Source: Clostridia bacterium (GTDB taxonomy: Bacteria; Bacillota; Clostridia; Saccharofermentanales; UBA5734). Taken from it: a stretch of DNA of 64,000 bases. A model generated the notes under the pieces. That model had not been told where the DNA came from, did not search any database, and saw nothing but the letters and a program-made list of their open reading frames with translations. A program made the translations under genes and the position numbers. Location: NCBI GenBank assembly GCA_040776905.1, contig JAXGZQ010000001.1, forward strand, positions 795,280 to 859,279. Reading direction: 5' to 3'. Positions 49,097-57,847 of this stretch are shown piece by piece; the stretch's first letter is position 1, and every line of letters starts with the position of its first letter.

Positions 49097-49125
49097 ATCT
49101 TATCATTGCATACTGGAAATGTCAA
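49097..49125 (-). promoter_or_regulatory. sigma-A-type promoter of tRNA-Ser
   Basis: On the minus strand, TTGACA (49125-49120), a 17-nt spacer, then TAAGAT (49102-49097). Confidence 0.55.
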
Positions 49126-49269
49126 CGAAAGCGGCTAGAAAAGCCGCCTTCTTGCGCTTTGCCGGGCAGAGCATGATAATGGGATCAGGCTTATGTGACC
49201 AAATGCACGGATGATTGGCCGTTCAGCCGTTATCCTGATGAGGAGTCAAAAACTTTGGAGGGATTGCCT

Positions 49270-50259
49270 ATGGATTTCAGTCTGAATCTCAGCTCCGGCC
49301 TGTTCGCCAACGATCAGAAGTTCAAGACATTTGAACAGGGGCATGTATACGATCTGATCATCATCGGGGGTGGACCGGCCGGTCTGACGGCCGCTGTCTA
49401 CGCGATGCGCAAGGGATTGAGCACCGGCCTGATTACACGCAATGTCGGTGGGCAGGTCGCGGATACCGCGGGAATCGAGAACTATCTCGGCTATCGCTAT
49501 ATTGACGGCAGTGAACTGGTGGATAAATTCCGTGAACAGGTCCTCCAGTTCAGTATCGCGTTTGAATCGGACAGTACCGTTCAGTCACTGACACCTGGCC
49601 AGCCCATACAGATCACGCTTGAAGACGGACGTATTCTCAAGGCTCGTTCTCTGATCATCGCGTCCGGCAAACAATCGAAGAAATTGGGAATACCGGGAGA
49701 AGATAAACTGGTCGGACATGGTGTCGCCTATTGCGCGATCTGTGACGCACCCTTTTTCGTCGATCAGAGAGTCGTAGTGGTCGGCGGAGGCAATTCAGGC
49801 GTCGAAGCGGCGATTGATCTGGCCAAGGTAGCCCGTCATGTCACCCTGATCCAGCGCAGAGACCACCTGACCGCCGATCAGATCGTCATCGACAAGCTGA
49901 AAGCGTACGAGAATGTTGATTATCTGTTTGAGCATATTGTGACTGAGATTCGCGGTGATCAACATGTCAGCAGTGTGATGGTCCAGAATCGCCAGACCGG
50001 GGAAGTCCATGAGATGATGACCGATGGGATTTTTGTTCAGATCGGTTTGATTCCCAACAGCGCGTTCGCAAAAAATGTACTGGACATGAATGAGTACAAT
50101 GAGATCGTCATCGATGAATCCTGCCGCACAAGCGAGCCGGGAATATTTGCCGCCGGAGATGTGACGACGACGCGTTACAAGCAGATCATCATCGCCAGCG
50201 GCGAAGGCGCGACCGCTGCTCTGTCAGCTGCGGACTTCTTGCTGAATCAACCGTCCTGA
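49270..50259 (+). CDS. thioredoxin-reductase-like / AhpF-C-terminal-like FAD/NAD(P)H disulfide oxidoreductase
   Basis: The start is taken at ATG 49270 with GGAGGG upstream. The track ORF begins at GTG 49195. Motifs: DLIIIGGGPAGLTAAVY (FAD), a CAIC redox pair, VVVGGGNSGVEAA (NAD(P)H) and GDVT. Confidence 0.8.
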   Translation: MDFSLNLSSGLFANDQKFKTFEQGHVYDLIIIGGGPAGLTAAVYAMRKGLSTGLITRNVGGQVADTAGIENYLGYRYIDGSELVDKFREQVLQFSIAFESDSTVQSLTPGQPIQITLEDGRILKARSLIIASGKQSKKLGIPGEDKLVGHGVAYCAICDAPFFVDQRVVVVGGGNSGVEAAIDLAKVARHVTLIQRRDHLTADQIVIDKLKAYENVDYLFEHIVTEIRGDQHVSSVMVQNRQTGEVHEMMTDGIFVQIGLIPNSAFAKNVLDMNEYNEIVIDESCRTSEPGIFAAGDVTTTRYKQIIIASGEGATAALSAADFLLNQPS

Positions 50260-50389
50260 AACGGGAACCAGCGATACGGAAATATCGTAATATTGTCTTA
50301 TAATTAAATACGATAATGATTGATAAATTTGATTAACACAATCATATCAACGGTTTTAATAAATAATTAATAATACGGAGGATTAGAAC

Positions 50390-51031
50390 ATGGCTTTATT
50401 TGATGATAACATTCAAAAACAACTGAAAGAAATTCTTGACCAGATGGTTGGAGATGTCACCTTATTGTTCTTTACACAGGAGATTGAGTGCCAGACATGT
50501 AAAGACACCCATGATTTCGTCAACGAAATTGCCGGTCTCAATGATAAGCTGAACGTCAAAACGTACAATTTTGTCAATGATAAAGAAAAAGCAGAAGCAT
50601 ATGGCGTTGATAAGGTCCCGGCCATCGTTCTGCTTGATAAGGACGGCCAGGATACCCGTATGAAATATTACGGTATCCCCGGCGGCTACGAAATCAATTC
50701 ATTCCTGGCCGGTATTCTGATGGCATCCGGCCGCGATGAACAGATTCCCGCCGAGCTGAAAAAACGGATTGCTGCGATTGACAAGCCCGTCCATATCCAG
50801 GTTTTCGTTTCGCTCGGTTGCCCGCACTGCCCCAACGCGGTGATGACAGCGCATCTGCTGGCCCTGGAAAACGAGAATGTCAAAGCAGACATGGTGGAAA
50901 CCAGTACATTTACCCACCTGGCTGTCCGCTATAATGTCAGCAGTGTTCCGAAGATCGTGATCAATGAAGAGCATGATTTTGTTGGTGCGCAGCCCCTGCC
51001 CCATTTTCTTGATGTCATCGAAAAAGCCTGA
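50390..51031 (+). CDS. two-domain thioredoxin-fold protein disulfide oxidoreductase (AhpF-N-terminal / glutaredoxin-like PDO type)
   Basis: 213 aa with two thioredoxin-like halves carrying CQTC and CPHC motifs. GGAGG sits upstream. Confidence 0.65.
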   Translation: MALFDDNIQKQLKEILDQMVGDVTLLFFTQEIECQTCKDTHDFVNEIAGLNDKLNVKTYNFVNDKEKAEAYGVDKVPAIVLLDKDGQDTRMKYYGIPGGYEINSFLAGILMASGRDEQIPAELKKRIAAIDKPVHIQVFVSLGCPHCPNAVMTAHLLALENENVKADMVETSTFTHLAVRYNVSSVPKIVINEEHDFVGAQPLPHFLDVIEKA

Positions 51032-51072
51032 CCTGTCCCTCGGCACCACATGATCCGGAGGAGAAATGAATC

Positions 51073-51102
51073 AAAGGGCATCCGTGAAAACGGATGCCCT
51101 TT
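51073..51102. terminator. bidirectional terminator between convergent PDO-like and amidohydrolase genes
   Basis: AAAGGGCATCCGT-gaaa-ACGGATGCCCTTT, a perfect 13-bp stem. Confidence 0.7.
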
Positions 51103-51128
51103 GTGCTGTCGAATGAAGGAGACGGACG

Positions 51129-52340
51129 TCAGTTCAGATTCATCAACTGACGCGTATTGCTGCCGAGGATCCGGCATCCGATCCGCTCAGCTTCAGTGAT
51201 GTCGTAATAACCGCTGGCCACCTGTTCTGCCAGTGCCGCGGCCAGACAATGGCGGACGGCCAACAGCGCGCCATAACTTTCTTCGCTGGTCCATGTGTCG
51301 CAGCCCCAGACAATCCGTCTGGCATCTGAGACCTCTGTCGCTTCCCTGATGAACTGAATGGCCCTTGCCGGAGAAATAATCGGCAGCCAGCACAGGTCGA
51401 TGTAGACATTCTGGAACACATGGGCCAGTGCCAGAATATCGTCTGTCCAGGGGAATGACCCGTGAAACAGATCAAACCTGACATTCTGATGCCGGCTGAT
51501 CAGGGGACGCAGATTCATCGCGGCCGTTCCGTCCAGCTGACCCAGGCCCGTGTGGATCTGTACCGGCAGCCGTAAATCAGCCGCGATGGACATCAACTCA
51601 TCCATCAGAAGATCGTGGAATGCCCGGACGTCCTGCAAAGCTGCATCGGTTTGTCCAAAAGCCCGTTCAGCTTTTGTCCGGTCAGGCGGCAGAAACAGCA
51701 AGTCGCGCTCATATGCCATCGCGACCTTGATCGCCACAGTATGATGTGAATCACGCGCCTGCGTGATCGTCAGCCGGATGGCAGCCAGATACTCATCCAG
51801 CGACAGATCTGACGAAAGGCCCAGTACGTCATAAGGGCTGACACCGTCGTGATCACGTGCGCCGCGGTCATAGCCGCTGAAGAAAGCGTCGCATCGAAAC
51901 GTCGGATGGAAGATTTCCGGATGTCCGTTGTCGGATCCGGGATCACGGTACTGATCAAGAATCACGGCCTGATAGCGGCAGCGATTATGCAGTACATCAA
52001 GGTGATGTGTTTCTGTTTCATGCGCCAGCCGGATCGCCCGGTCGTAATCCTCCCAACTGTCCGCATTCAGCGGCTGTTCTTGCGGGTACAGTGCTTCAAT
52101 CGCCTGGAACAGCCAGAAAGAATAGCTGTTGCAGCGAAAATCATCAAAAAATCGGCGGCGCGCTTCACGATCATGAACGTCAGAACGCGAAGCCATCCAG
52201 CCGACATAGGACTGCTGCAGCAGCCGGGACAGAGTCAGTGATTGCATCTCCTGATCCGGCAGATGATGGCAGTGGGTATTATAGACAGGCACTGTCTGCC
52301 AGTTCTCCAGCAAACGGTGCCGGATCATCTCAAGCGGCAT
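51129..52340 (-). CDS. amidohydrolase-superfamily (metal-dependent TIM-barrel hydrolase) protein
   Basis: 403 aa. N-terminal ...YNTHCHHLPD (HxH metal motif), later ...HTG...FHGSFPW... The family call is by pattern only. Confidence 0.5.
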   Translation of the reverse strand: MPLEMIRHRLLENWQTVPVYNTHCHHLPDQEMQSLTLSRLLQQSYVGWMASRSDVHDREARRRFFDDFRCNSYSFWLFQAIEALYPQEQPLNADSWEDYDRAIRLAHETETHHLDVLHNRCRYQAVILDQYRDPGSDNGHPEIFHPTFRCDAFFSGYDRGARDHDGVSPYDVLGLSSDLSLDEYLAAIRLTITQARDSHHTVAIKVAMAYERDLLFLPPDRTKAERAFGQTDAALQDVRAFHDLLMDELMSIAADLRLPVQIHTGLGQLDGTAAMNLRPLISRHQNVRFDLFHGSFPWTDDILALAHVFQNVYIDLCWLPIISPARAIQFIREATEVSDARRIVWGCDTWTSEESYGALLAVRHCLAAALAEQVASGYYDITEAERIGCRILGSNTRQLMNLN

Positions 52341-52447
52341 GGAAAACCCTCCCGGTTGGTTTGGCGGTTCAGTCTTTTGAACCGTCGTGATGGATGGATC
52401 ATGTTCATTGTATCAGGGATCCCGTCAGGCGTTAAGTCTGGCCCCTG

Positions 52448-52456
52448 TGCTATAAT
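52448..52456 (+). promoter_or_regulatory. extended -10 element (TGCTATAAT) upstream of the nucleosidase/radical-SAM pair
   Basis: TGnTATAAT matches exactly, 64 nt upstream of the ATG at 52520. Confidence 0.35.
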
Positions 52457-52519
52457 CACGATGCATCGGACAAGCTGAATCGTCCGTGATGGTGTAGCTT
52501 GCAGACCGGAGGAGTTCAT

Positions 52520-53455
52520 ATGAGCATCAGCCTTTCGACAACTGAATATTCCGGCCGGATTCTCTGGGTCGTCGCGCTTCAGATTGAAGCGAAACCTCTG
52601 ATTCAGCGCTTCAATCTCCGACGCGACATGGACGAACACCACTGGCCGGTCTATGGGAATGGATCGCACCGTCTGATCATCAGCGGTGTCGGTCAACTGA
52701 ACGCGGCCATGGCAGTGACCTGGCTGCTGGCAAGAGAGGATGAAATGCCGGCCGCCCTGATCAATGTCGGGCTCTGTGGCAGCAATCATCCCGATCTGCC
52801 CCAAGGGACACTCCTTCAGGCGAGTTCAATCACTGACGCGGCATCGCGGCGGATGTTCCTGCCGGATCTTTATACAGACTGGCCGCTGCCGCGGCATCCC
52901 CTGACCTGTTTTGATCAGGTGGTCGACGGCCGTTCCCAGGTGTCCGATGAACCGCTCACCTGTGATATGGAGTCAGCGGGAATCATGACGGCCGGACGGC
53001 GTTTTCTGCAGACGCATCAAGTCCATCTGTTTAAGGTGGTCTCGGATCGGCTGGATCCCCGGTCCGTTGACCGAGATCGGATCAGCCACTGGCTGGACGA
53101 TGCGGTTTGCCGGATCGCTGATTTTCTGCCCGATATCATGTCGCTTGCCGGGCAGGCGGATTCGGATGACACCCGGGAAACAGAGGCCATCCTGGCGATG
53201 GCTGAGACAAAGCTCCAGCCCAGCGGGTCAATGCGCCGGCAGATTCAACAGGAAGTCCGACTCGCCCTTCTGCGCGGACTCAGCCAGGAATATATCATCA
53301 GCCAGCTGCCGTCCGTTCCGGTCACCAGCCGGTATCAGGGCAAGCAGGAACTGCAGCGCTGGCGCGACGCACTGGTGACGGCGGCCGCAGAGCAGAAACA
53401 GCATCAGGTTCAATCTGGCCAGGATGGCCGGACCGGTTCAGGCAGAACGATATGA
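52520..53455 (+). CDS. PNP_UDP_1-superfamily nucleosidase (MTA/SAH-nucleosidase-like) with about 110-aa C-terminal extension
   Basis: The start is at an ATG with GGAGG 7 nt upstream. ...IISGVGQLNAAMAV... and ...CDMESAGI... resemble the MTAN/Pfs phosphate-ribose and catalytic motifs. I do not recognise the last 110 aa or so. Confidence 0.55.
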   Translation: MSISLSTTEYSGRILWVVALQIEAKPLIQRFNLRRDMDEHHWPVYGNGSHRLIISGVGQLNAAMAVTWLLAREDEMPAALINVGLCGSNHPDLPQGTLLQASSITDAASRRMFLPDLYTDWPLPRHPLTCFDQVVDGRSQVSDEPLTCDMESAGIMTAGRRFLQTHQVHLFKVVSDRLDPRSVDRDRISHWLDDAVCRIADFLPDIMSLAGQADSDDTRETEAILAMAETKLQPSGSMRRQIQQEVRLALLRGLSQEYIISQLPSVPVTSRYQGKQELQRWRDALVTAAAEQKQHQVQSGQDGRTGSGRTI

Positions 53456-54483
53456 AGCGGCTTTACCGGACAGTCTACCTGGAAAAACAGGCCAAAGAAC
53501 GGCCGCTGACGAGCCGGATCCTGGAACGACTGCCGGACTGTCCAGTGGTGGTTGTTGAGAATTACAAGCAGGCCTTCAACCGGCCCGGGCAGAATCAGCG
53601 GCTTCAGAAACAGTCTCCCGCTCTCATTCTGGCGGTTCATCCCGATCCACCGATCTATCCCGGACCGGCCATCTGCCAGAATTTCGGCCAGACGCGATTT
53701 GTTTATACCTCGTTTGTCCAGAATTGCCCGTTTGACTGCAGCTACTGCTTTCTTCAGGGTCTTTATCCGTCGTCGGATCAACTGATTTTTGTTAATCCGG
53801 AAGACTGGGCACACCGTCTTGCGCAGATGGCCGAAGACGGTCCCCTTTACGCGGCGTTATCACATGATTCGGATCTTCTTGCGCTGCAGGCCCGGTTTCC
53901 CCTGCTCGACCCGCTCGGTGATGATTGGCCTCAATCACCATCGATTCAGGCTGAAATACGAACAAAAAGCAGCTGGACCGGTTATTATACGCAGCATCAG
54001 CCACGTCAGAATCTGATCTTCGCTTTCTCGCTCGCGCCGCAGCCGCTGATTGATCTGTACGAACCGGTCACGCCGACATTGCGCTCCCGGCTGCTGGCGG
54101 CTCGTACCGCGCTCGATCACGGACACCCGGTGCGGCTCTGCTTTGACCCTGTCTTTGCTGATCCGGTCTATGATCACCTCTACGAGACTTTTTTCACGGA
54201 GGTTTTCCAGACCCTCGACCCTACCCGGCTGCACGATGCCAGCTATGGCTTCCTCCGGCTGCCCCGAACACTGTATCGACGGATCATTCAGCGGCGTCCG
54301 AACGCGCCATTCCTGGCTGAATCCTTGCAGCTAAGCGGTGAGACCGTCGGCTACGCGGCTGTGCGGCAGGCTGAAATTCGCCAGCGGCATCTGAACTGGC
54401 TGTCATCTTATCTCAGGAAAGATCAGATCTTTCTGGTTGAAGACACCGAAGCATCATGTCAGTTTGCTGATCAGACCCCGTAA
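53452..54483 (+). CDS. spore-photoproduct-lyase-family radical SAM protein
   Basis: ATGA overlap with the upstream gene. It carries a CPFDCSYC (CxxxCxxC) cluster motif. The length (343 aa) and N-terminal layout are collinear with my memory of B. subtilis SplB. Confidence 0.7.
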   Translation: MKRLYRTVYLEKQAKERPLTSRILERLPDCPVVVVENYKQAFNRPGQNQRLQKQSPALILAVHPDPPIYPGPAICQNFGQTRFVYTSFVQNCPFDCSYCFLQGLYPSSDQLIFVNPEDWAHRLAQMAEDGPLYAALSHDSDLLALQARFPLLDPLGDDWPQSPSIQAEIRTKSSWTGYYTQHQPRQNLIFAFSLAPQPLIDLYEPVTPTLRSRLLAARTALDHGHPVRLCFDPVFADPVYDHLYETFFTEVFQTLDPTRLHDASYGFLRLPRTLYRRIIQRRPNAPFLAESLQLSGETVGYAAVRQAEIRQRHLNWLSSYLRKDQIFLVEDTEASCQFADQTP

Positions 54484-55052
54484 TCCGCGACATATTCAAT
54501 CGCGGCTACCATATCCTCTTCCATCAGAAACAGGAGGATCGACTCGCCGCGATGATAAGCCAGAGCGGTTCCCTGTAATTCGTACTCATCACCATACGCT
54601 TCGATGACATCCTCTCGAGTTGAGCCGATCCGGATCCCCTCCTCAGTCGCGACGGTGTCATCCAGCAGGACAATCAGCGAGATATGATCCTCTCCACCTT
54701 CCGGAACAGTTGAGATCTCAAAACTGCTGTAGGTATAGATTTTATCCAGTCCCGCAAAAGCACAGCTCTCCGCTTCAAAATAGCTCATGGCTTCGCCCAG
54801 GTCGTCAATCACTTGATCCGCCAGGGCAAATGGCGCGATTTTCACCGACTGGTAAGTGAATGTGAACAGATCATCGGCAGCATCGCCATTCGGAGTTGTC
54901 GCAGGCTGGCCGGTTCCGGACGGCGCTTCTGCGGTGCCGGAAGTGGCGGCGGAACCACAGCCTGATATGACCAGCCCGCAGATGATCAGGATGATCAGTA
55001 AAGGCCAGTGTTTCCCAGAAATATTCTTTTTTGATTGATTCATTTGCATCAT
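54471..55052 (-). CDS. lipoprotein of unknown function (last gene of the dlt-like operon)
   Basis: LIILIICGLVISGCGS lipobox. GGAGG sits 5 nt upstream. There is a 71-nt gap from the upstream gene on the same strand. Confidence 0.6.
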   Translation of the reverse strand: MMQMNQSKKNISGKHWPLLIILIICGLVISGCGSAATSGTAEAPSGTGQPATTPNGDAADDLFTFTYQSVKIAPFALADQVIDDLGEAMSYFEAESCAFAGLDKIYTYSSFEISTVPEGGEDHISLIVLLDDTVATEEGIRIGSTREDVIEAYGDEYELQGTALAYHRGESILLFLMEEDMVAAIEYVADYGV

Positions 55053-55123
55053 TTCATCCTCCAGTGTGTCCCGACTTCATTCGCCGGATCTAATTTTGAT
55101 AAATCCCCGGGTCAGGTTATTTT

Positions 55124-56221
55124 CTACTGCTCATCTTCCGGCTCCGGCGCACGGGCACCAAAGCTTTTCAAGTAGCCATACTGTTCAATCTCCCGATGCT
55201 GGGCGGCCGCCATTTCATCGTAGCGGTTCACTTTTTTCTCCCAGACCGCACTGAGCCGCGGATCATTGCGATGATCTTCCAGATTATAGGCAGCCTGCAG
55301 AAGCGGACCGAAATAATGAGACATCTTCTCAGCGCCGCTCAGATTAAGATGAAGTCCGCTGTCATACGTGTCCTGCGTAAAATCGAGTCCGATGTCATCA
55401 ATTACTTCGAGAAAGTTGATGTACATCAGCTGATGTTCGTCCGCGTAGACCCGCATCTGTTCATCCCACTGATCATACCAGTATGGGTAGAGGCTGGGAG
55501 CTTTAATCAGGACCAGTTCGATATCATGCTGTTCACACAGTTCGACCATTTTATCCAGATAGGCATAGGCACGATCACCAAACTGGTAATCCGGCAGCGG
55601 TCGTCCAACCGGAACGTTTTCCGCCGGACGGACATCGGCCCGCATCAGGAAACCATTATGTGCGACCGGGTCGCGGCGGAACAGATATCTGACATCCTCA
55701 CTGGTCAGTTCACTCCAGCGGGCTTTATAGCGAAGCAGTGGAAAAAAATAAGAGATCAGGCTCTCATCTTCGGTCATCGACGCCATCGCGGAACGGATCT
55801 TCGGCAGACCGAGCCGCATCCCGTCAATATTCAGCCGATTATACGGCTCGCTCTGCGGCTGGTCATACTGCATGCCGAGCGCACTGAAAATAACAACCCG
55901 CGGTGTTTCATAACGGAGAATTTCCTCCAGCATATGGTAAGACTGCCAGATCAGCTGCTGGCCGCTGCCACTGATGTAGCTGGTCAGGCCATATTCCCGC
56001 CATAACGTGATCGGTGAGAAATTTTCATAAACCTCACAGTCACCGATGAAAATGATATCGTTATCGCCGGTGTTCTCATAATACTCAGCAATTAATGCTC
56101 CTTCGGGAATTTCCGACATATATTTCGGCATGACCAGCTCCTGCAGAACCAGCAGGATGCTGATCAGCAGGACGATCGCGACAAGATATCGAAAAAAGGT
56201 TCCTGTTCTCTTTTTTGTCAT
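55124..56221 (-). CDS. membrane-anchored SGNH/DltD-like protein (Cys at the block-I nucleophile position)
   Basis: N-terminal TM. Block-I-like IIFIGDCEVY and block-V-like YDSGLHLN (DxxH). AGGAG RBS. It follows the MBOAT gene after 10 nt. Confidence 0.5.
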   Translation of the reverse strand: MTKKRTGTFFRYLVAIVLLISILLVLQELVMPKYMSEIPEGALIAEYYENTGDNDIIFIGDCEVYENFSPITLWREYGLTSYISGSGQQLIWQSYHMLEEILRYETPRVVIFSALGMQYDQPQSEPYNRLNIDGMRLGLPKIRSAMASMTEDESLISYFFPLLRYKARWSELTSEDVRYLFRRDPVAHNGFLMRADVRPAENVPVGRPLPDYQFGDRAYAYLDKMVELCEQHDIELVLIKAPSLYPYWYDQWDEQMRVYADEHQLMYINFLEVIDDIGLDFTQDTYDSGLHLNLSGAEKMSHYFGPLLQAAYNLEDHRNDPRLSAVWEKKVNRYDEMAAAQHREIEQYGYLKSFGARAPEPEDEQ

Positions 56222-56231
56222 TCAAATGCTC

Positions 56232-57824
56232 CTAGAACTGATTATAGATAAATTGAGTCGAGTCGTAACCGATACCATAAGCGCCAAACAGCAGAATCGC
56301 GATCAGCAGCAATGAGTAAAGCGCGTAGCGCAGCGCGAACGGCCGCTGCCGGATGCGTTCACGTACACCGCCGGACCGCTGTACCAGACTGACGACGGCC
56401 AACAGCACAATTCCCGCCAGAAGAACCAGGTAGTCCGCCCGGTTCAGACCCAGCTGCAGCAGCGACCCATCTGTAAAGACCTCAAGCTTGAACCGGGTGA
56501 AGACAGACGTGTACATGCTCAGGGCTGTACCGATATCCCGGTAGATGTCAAAGATTCGAATTGAACACATGATCCAGAACATACGAGTCACCTGGAACAG
56601 GCGGAACCAGGTGGTTTGCTGCACAGAAAACCGGGCATGGAACCGGCGGTACAGCGGAATCATTTCCTGAGATACAAGAATGACCAGGCAATTGGCCATT
56701 CCCCAGGCGACGAAATTCCAGCTCGCGCCGTGCCAGATTCCGGTCGTCAGCCAGACCAGAATGGTTGCCAGATAGACGGGCAGCCGCTTACCGACCGCGT
56801 CACCAAGATGTTTACGTGCCCAGCCGGACAGACGCAGCATCGGCTGACTGACCGAGATCGGATAAAAGAGGTATTCCTTGAACCAGGTGCCCAGTGTGAT
56901 ATGCCAGCGGCGCCAGTATTCGGTGATGGATTTCGCGAAAAACGGCCGCTGGAAATTCTCAGTCACCTTAATGCCCAGCATCTGGGCGATGCCGATGGTG
57001 ATATCGATTCCACCGGTAAAATCAGCATACAGCTGAACCGCGTAATAGACCATGGCAATCAGGACATAGCTGCCCTGATATTGTTGCGGGTCACCGATGA
57101 TTGTTGAGACCGCGACCACAATCCGGTCGGCAATGACCATTTTCTTAAAATAGCCCCAGAGAATTCGCTGCAGACCATAGCTGACGGCCTGCCGGTCGAA
57201 TCCGTGCGGCTGGTACAGCGACTGCGCCAGATCATCGTATCGGCTGATCGGTCCTTGAATCAATTGGGGAAAGAACGAAACAAACAGCGCCAGACGGAAG
57301 ATATTACGTTCTGCAGGGTACTTGCCGCGGTGGACATCAATCACATAGCCCATACTCTGGAATGTATAAAAAGAGATACCGAGCGGCAGGGCGAGATTCA
57401 TGAATGTTAAGGTTTTTCCGCTGCCAAAGACCTGCAGCAGCGCATTGATATTGCCGATTGTGAAATTTCCGTATTTCAAAACACCGAGCAGGCCGAAATT
57501 AATCAGCAGGCACAGCAGCAGCCAGCGCCAGCGGACTGATCTTGCCTTATCACGGAAACTGCGTTTTTCCTGGCGGGACAGGCCGGCCTGATGCTCACTG
57601 AACCACTGTTTTTCCCGATCACGCAGCCGCTGCAGCTGCCGGCCGATCAGATAAGTGGATCCGGTCGTTATGAGCAGATAGGCCATGAACTGCAGACCGG
57701 CAAAACTGTAGAACAGATAACTGGCGGCCAGCAGCAGCATCCATTGATACCGCTTTGGAATCAGATAATAGGCAGCAAATAGCAATCCCAGAAACAGGAT
57801 AAACTCAAACGATACAAAACTCAT
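56232..57824 (-). CDS. MBOAT-family membrane O-acyltransferase (DltB/AlgI-like)
   Basis: 530 aa, polytopic. ...ITEYWRRWHITLGTWFKEYLFYP contains the conserved MBOAT His. Confidence 0.85.
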   Translation of the reverse strand: MSFVSFEFILFLGLLFAAYYLIPKRYQWMLLLAASYLFYSFAGLQFMAYLLITTGSTYLIGRQLQRLRDREKQWFSEHQAGLSRQEKRSFRDKARSVRWRWLLLCLLINFGLLGVLKYGNFTIGNINALLQVFGSGKTLTFMNLALPLGISFYTFQSMGYVIDVHRGKYPAERNIFRLALFVSFFPQLIQGPISRYDDLAQSLYQPHGFDRQAVSYGLQRILWGYFKKMVIADRIVVAVSTIIGDPQQYQGSYVLIAMVYYAVQLYADFTGGIDITIGIAQMLGIKVTENFQRPFFAKSITEYWRRWHITLGTWFKEYLFYPISVSQPMLRLSGWARKHLGDAVGKRLPVYLATILVWLTTGIWHGASWNFVAWGMANCLVILVSQEMIPLYRRFHARFSVQQTTWFRLFQVTRMFWIMCSIRIFDIYRDIGTALSMYTSVFTRFKLEVFTDGSLLQLGLNRADYLVLLAGIVLLAVVSLVQRSGGVRERIRQRPFALRYALYSLLLIAILLFGAYGIGYDSTQFIYNQF

Positions 57825-57847
57825 CCACGACTCCTCATCGCAAGTGA

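Noticed and set aside
49195-49269. A GTG-initiated 25-codon N-terminal extension of the TrxR-like ORF.
   Set aside because: It has no RBS. The ATG at 49270 has GGAGGG at the proper spacing, and the extension has no homology-like features.
52520-54483. The radical SAM plus nucleosidase pair could be a viperin-like antiviral nucleotide-modifying system.
   Set aside because: The radical SAM protein is collinear in length and N-terminal layout with spore photoproduct lyase rather than viperin. I kept it as a finding about an unusual partner, not as a defence call.
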